This document shows positions 61,821 through 64,000 of a DNA stretch of 64,000 nt, one piece after another. Numbering within the stretch: the stretch's first letter is position 1; the number at the start of each line of letters is the position of its first letter. Source of the stretch: Raillietiella orientalis (taxonomy: Eukaryota); NCBI GenBank assembly GCA_036172245.1, contig JAYWIR010000016.1, forward strand, positions 1,736,001 through 1,800,000, given 5' to 3'. A program made the position numbers and the translations under genes. Under the pieces are notes generated by a model. The model was not told the DNA's origin. It saw nothing but the letters and a program-made list of their open reading frames with translations, and ran no database searches.

Positions 61821-63249
61821 GTGGCTACGGTCAGTTGGTTTCAAGATCGATTAACTGACTTCCTCTCTCGATGTCCCGCCCAAAGGGTATTCCTTTTATC
61901 GAGCCTCCTAGAGGAGCTTTCCCTGCTGCAGGACCTTTGAGCCTTTCATTGCGTGCGTGGGCAGGCAAGTGTGTCGAAAGAAAATGCACAGATCTGCGGC
62001 GCCAGCCGAGCATCACGTGATGGACACGGGAGGGAAACGGAGGCCACCTTTGAATGATAATTCAGTAAACAAAATGCAGCATTAAGAATGAAAAAAAAAG
62101 GGGGGATAAAAGGGGCCTATCTCGGAGGTTCCCTTGAGCCCAACTCATTTGGAAGCGCTGCTGGAAGTTAGGGAGAAAGGGAAAATCAGTTCAGAAACTG
62201 TTGAGGATGATTTAGTTTCCCACCCGGGATGGGTGATTTTCGACTTGGTGTCACTGGTGAACCACCGACGGGTTCATGACGTGTGCCCTCAGGGAGGATC
62301 ATGATGGGACCCTGGTGGACGAGCAGGTGCGCCTTTGCTGATCCGCAGAGCTTTTCTAAGAGTCTCTGAGACCAGCAACAGAGAATGCCGAGTTGATCCG
62401 CACTCGTGGGCAAGGGGAGGCAGATGCGAGGCTGTGGCGAGGTTTGGGCGCCTTCACGGTGACAGCAGGGATGGCGCGGTCGTCGGAAGGCCTTCGGAAG
62501 CGCTGCCGTTTCTTGCTCCAGGTGATGATGGCCTGAGGCCGAGAGGACGCCAGCGGACGACCAAAGCGAGCCACGTACGTGCGCCGGTTGCAACAGCAAA
62601 ATGAGAGGATTGCAAGCGGAATCTCTGCTTCCAGAAATAACTACAAAGAAGATGTTTGTACGAAGTTTAATGTTCCAAAAAAAAGCTGAGATGGATACCA
62701 AAATTAGAAAGAATATGTGCACACGCGCATCTTCTCGGCAGTCACGACATCTCGGCGCGAAGTAGCAACGCTGTATGAAATATGGCCTCTTCTTGCATGC
62801 GACTTGCAGTAAACAAAGGGAGGATCCGTCACAGAGGCGTTAAAAGTTGAATACGCGCGTCTTTTTAGCCTCCTCTGTGAAGTGCCTCTTTCCTGTGCTT
62901 CTTTTCCATCCAGAGGTTCTTTCGGCAGTTATGCAGAGTGTTTGGTTTCCTCGAGCCAAACATGCAAGCAGCGAGGTGAATTTCCTGGCACTTGATGCGC
63001 TTGCTGATGCTGCTGCGGGTCTCCAGATTCGCGATGGTACGTGATCTGTACGAGCAATGGAAGCAAAGTATCAGCAGCGCGTCACCAGGAAGCACGGACT
63101 TCGTTTGCTCACGCCGGGGTGCGAGTCAGAAGTGGAGAGTATCTCTGGCTGCACGTCATCTTCAGTCGGTCTACAGTCTGCTTGGATCATCAGCCGGTGG
63201 ACGCCCCCCCACAGCGAGGAAAGATTAGATGATGATCAATCACTACTCA

Positions 63250-63400
63250 GCCGCCTCTCTCGCGGATGGCGCGCAGTGAAACCGCAGCCTCCTCCTGCTC
63301 GCGCACGGTGCATTTGCCATCTCTGCATTTCCTTCCTTCTCACCCTGCGGGATGCGCGCGGAACCATCCCAGATGCACACGGAGCATCATTCCCTCAGGT
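63250..63400 (+). mobile_element. Small family B-like ORF2 remnant
   Basis: FLLTLRDARGTIP resembles VLLTLGDARGSVIP of B4. Confidence 0.35.
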
Positions 63401-64000
63401 CTTCAGTCCGCGCAGCATCTCCCTCGGTGCCATCCTCGGCATCGCACCGCGGAAGCACGAATGACCACTTCTTTTGTCGTGTGGCTGCTGTTGTCGCTGT
63501 AGGGAAGTGATGTTGAAAACACACGCTGAGTGTCATCTGCGGCAACGTGTGCCATGCCTCAAAGAGACTCCACAAGGTCGGCGTGGGCTCGAAACTAACC
63601 GCTGGAACACGGGCTGGCGTAAACTCGCGACGACACGCGCTCACTGCCTCCAAGCTCCCCGACCCTCCTTTTCAGGGTGGTACTTGTGCCAGCAGCTCCC
63701 ATCCCCCTCCTTCCTTCCATCTTGCTTGGAAGATCCGATGCAGAAATTTCGAGAAGGCAGGGGGATATGATGTCCCTTTCCCTCACTCAGAGCCACGGTA
63801 GCAGCAGCATCACTCGTCGGGACAGCAGTTGCGTCTGCTACTAATCCCTGGGTCTGAGATCAGAATCCGGGGTATTACTGGAGAATCTACCCGGAAATCT
63901 CTGGACTTGAAAGTAGCTAAGAAGCTTTAGCAGCTGACATTTGAGAATCCGTTCAAGAACTCAACAGTTAGCTACTGTTGTTTGATCTTTCTTATTCGTA

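Overview
Repeat-dominated eukaryotic DNA, probably from an arthropod (degenerate CCTAA/TTAGG tract, mariner and piggyBac-like remnants, endosymbiont-like insert). No convincing host protein-coding gene is present, and most listed ORFs are shadows of GC-rich repeats. Main contents: (1) a full-length L1/Tx1-clade LINE at 47066-52477 with a zinc-knuckle ORF1, an APE+RT ORF2 broken only by two in-frame TGA codons, a poly(A) tail and a TSD; (2) about ten 5'-truncated copies of a second L1/Tx1-like lineage ('family B'), several with 7-17 bp TSDs, which end in AATAAA plus a GC hairpin and lack poly(A), many also sharing a covarying CTRCGT stem-loop; (3) about eight copies or fragments of a ~0.7 kb tRNA-headed SINE ('family A') carrying a tandem array of ~40-nt double-hairpin units; (4) an ~840 bp AT-rich Wolbachia-like mosaic inserted inside one SINE copy; (5) two 28S rRNA pseudogene fragments with long D3 segments, one interrupted by a family-B LINE; (6) two >99% identical copies of a GC-rich non-coding element; (7) assorted decayed transposons. 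All family assignments come from motif recognition by eye; no database searches were run.
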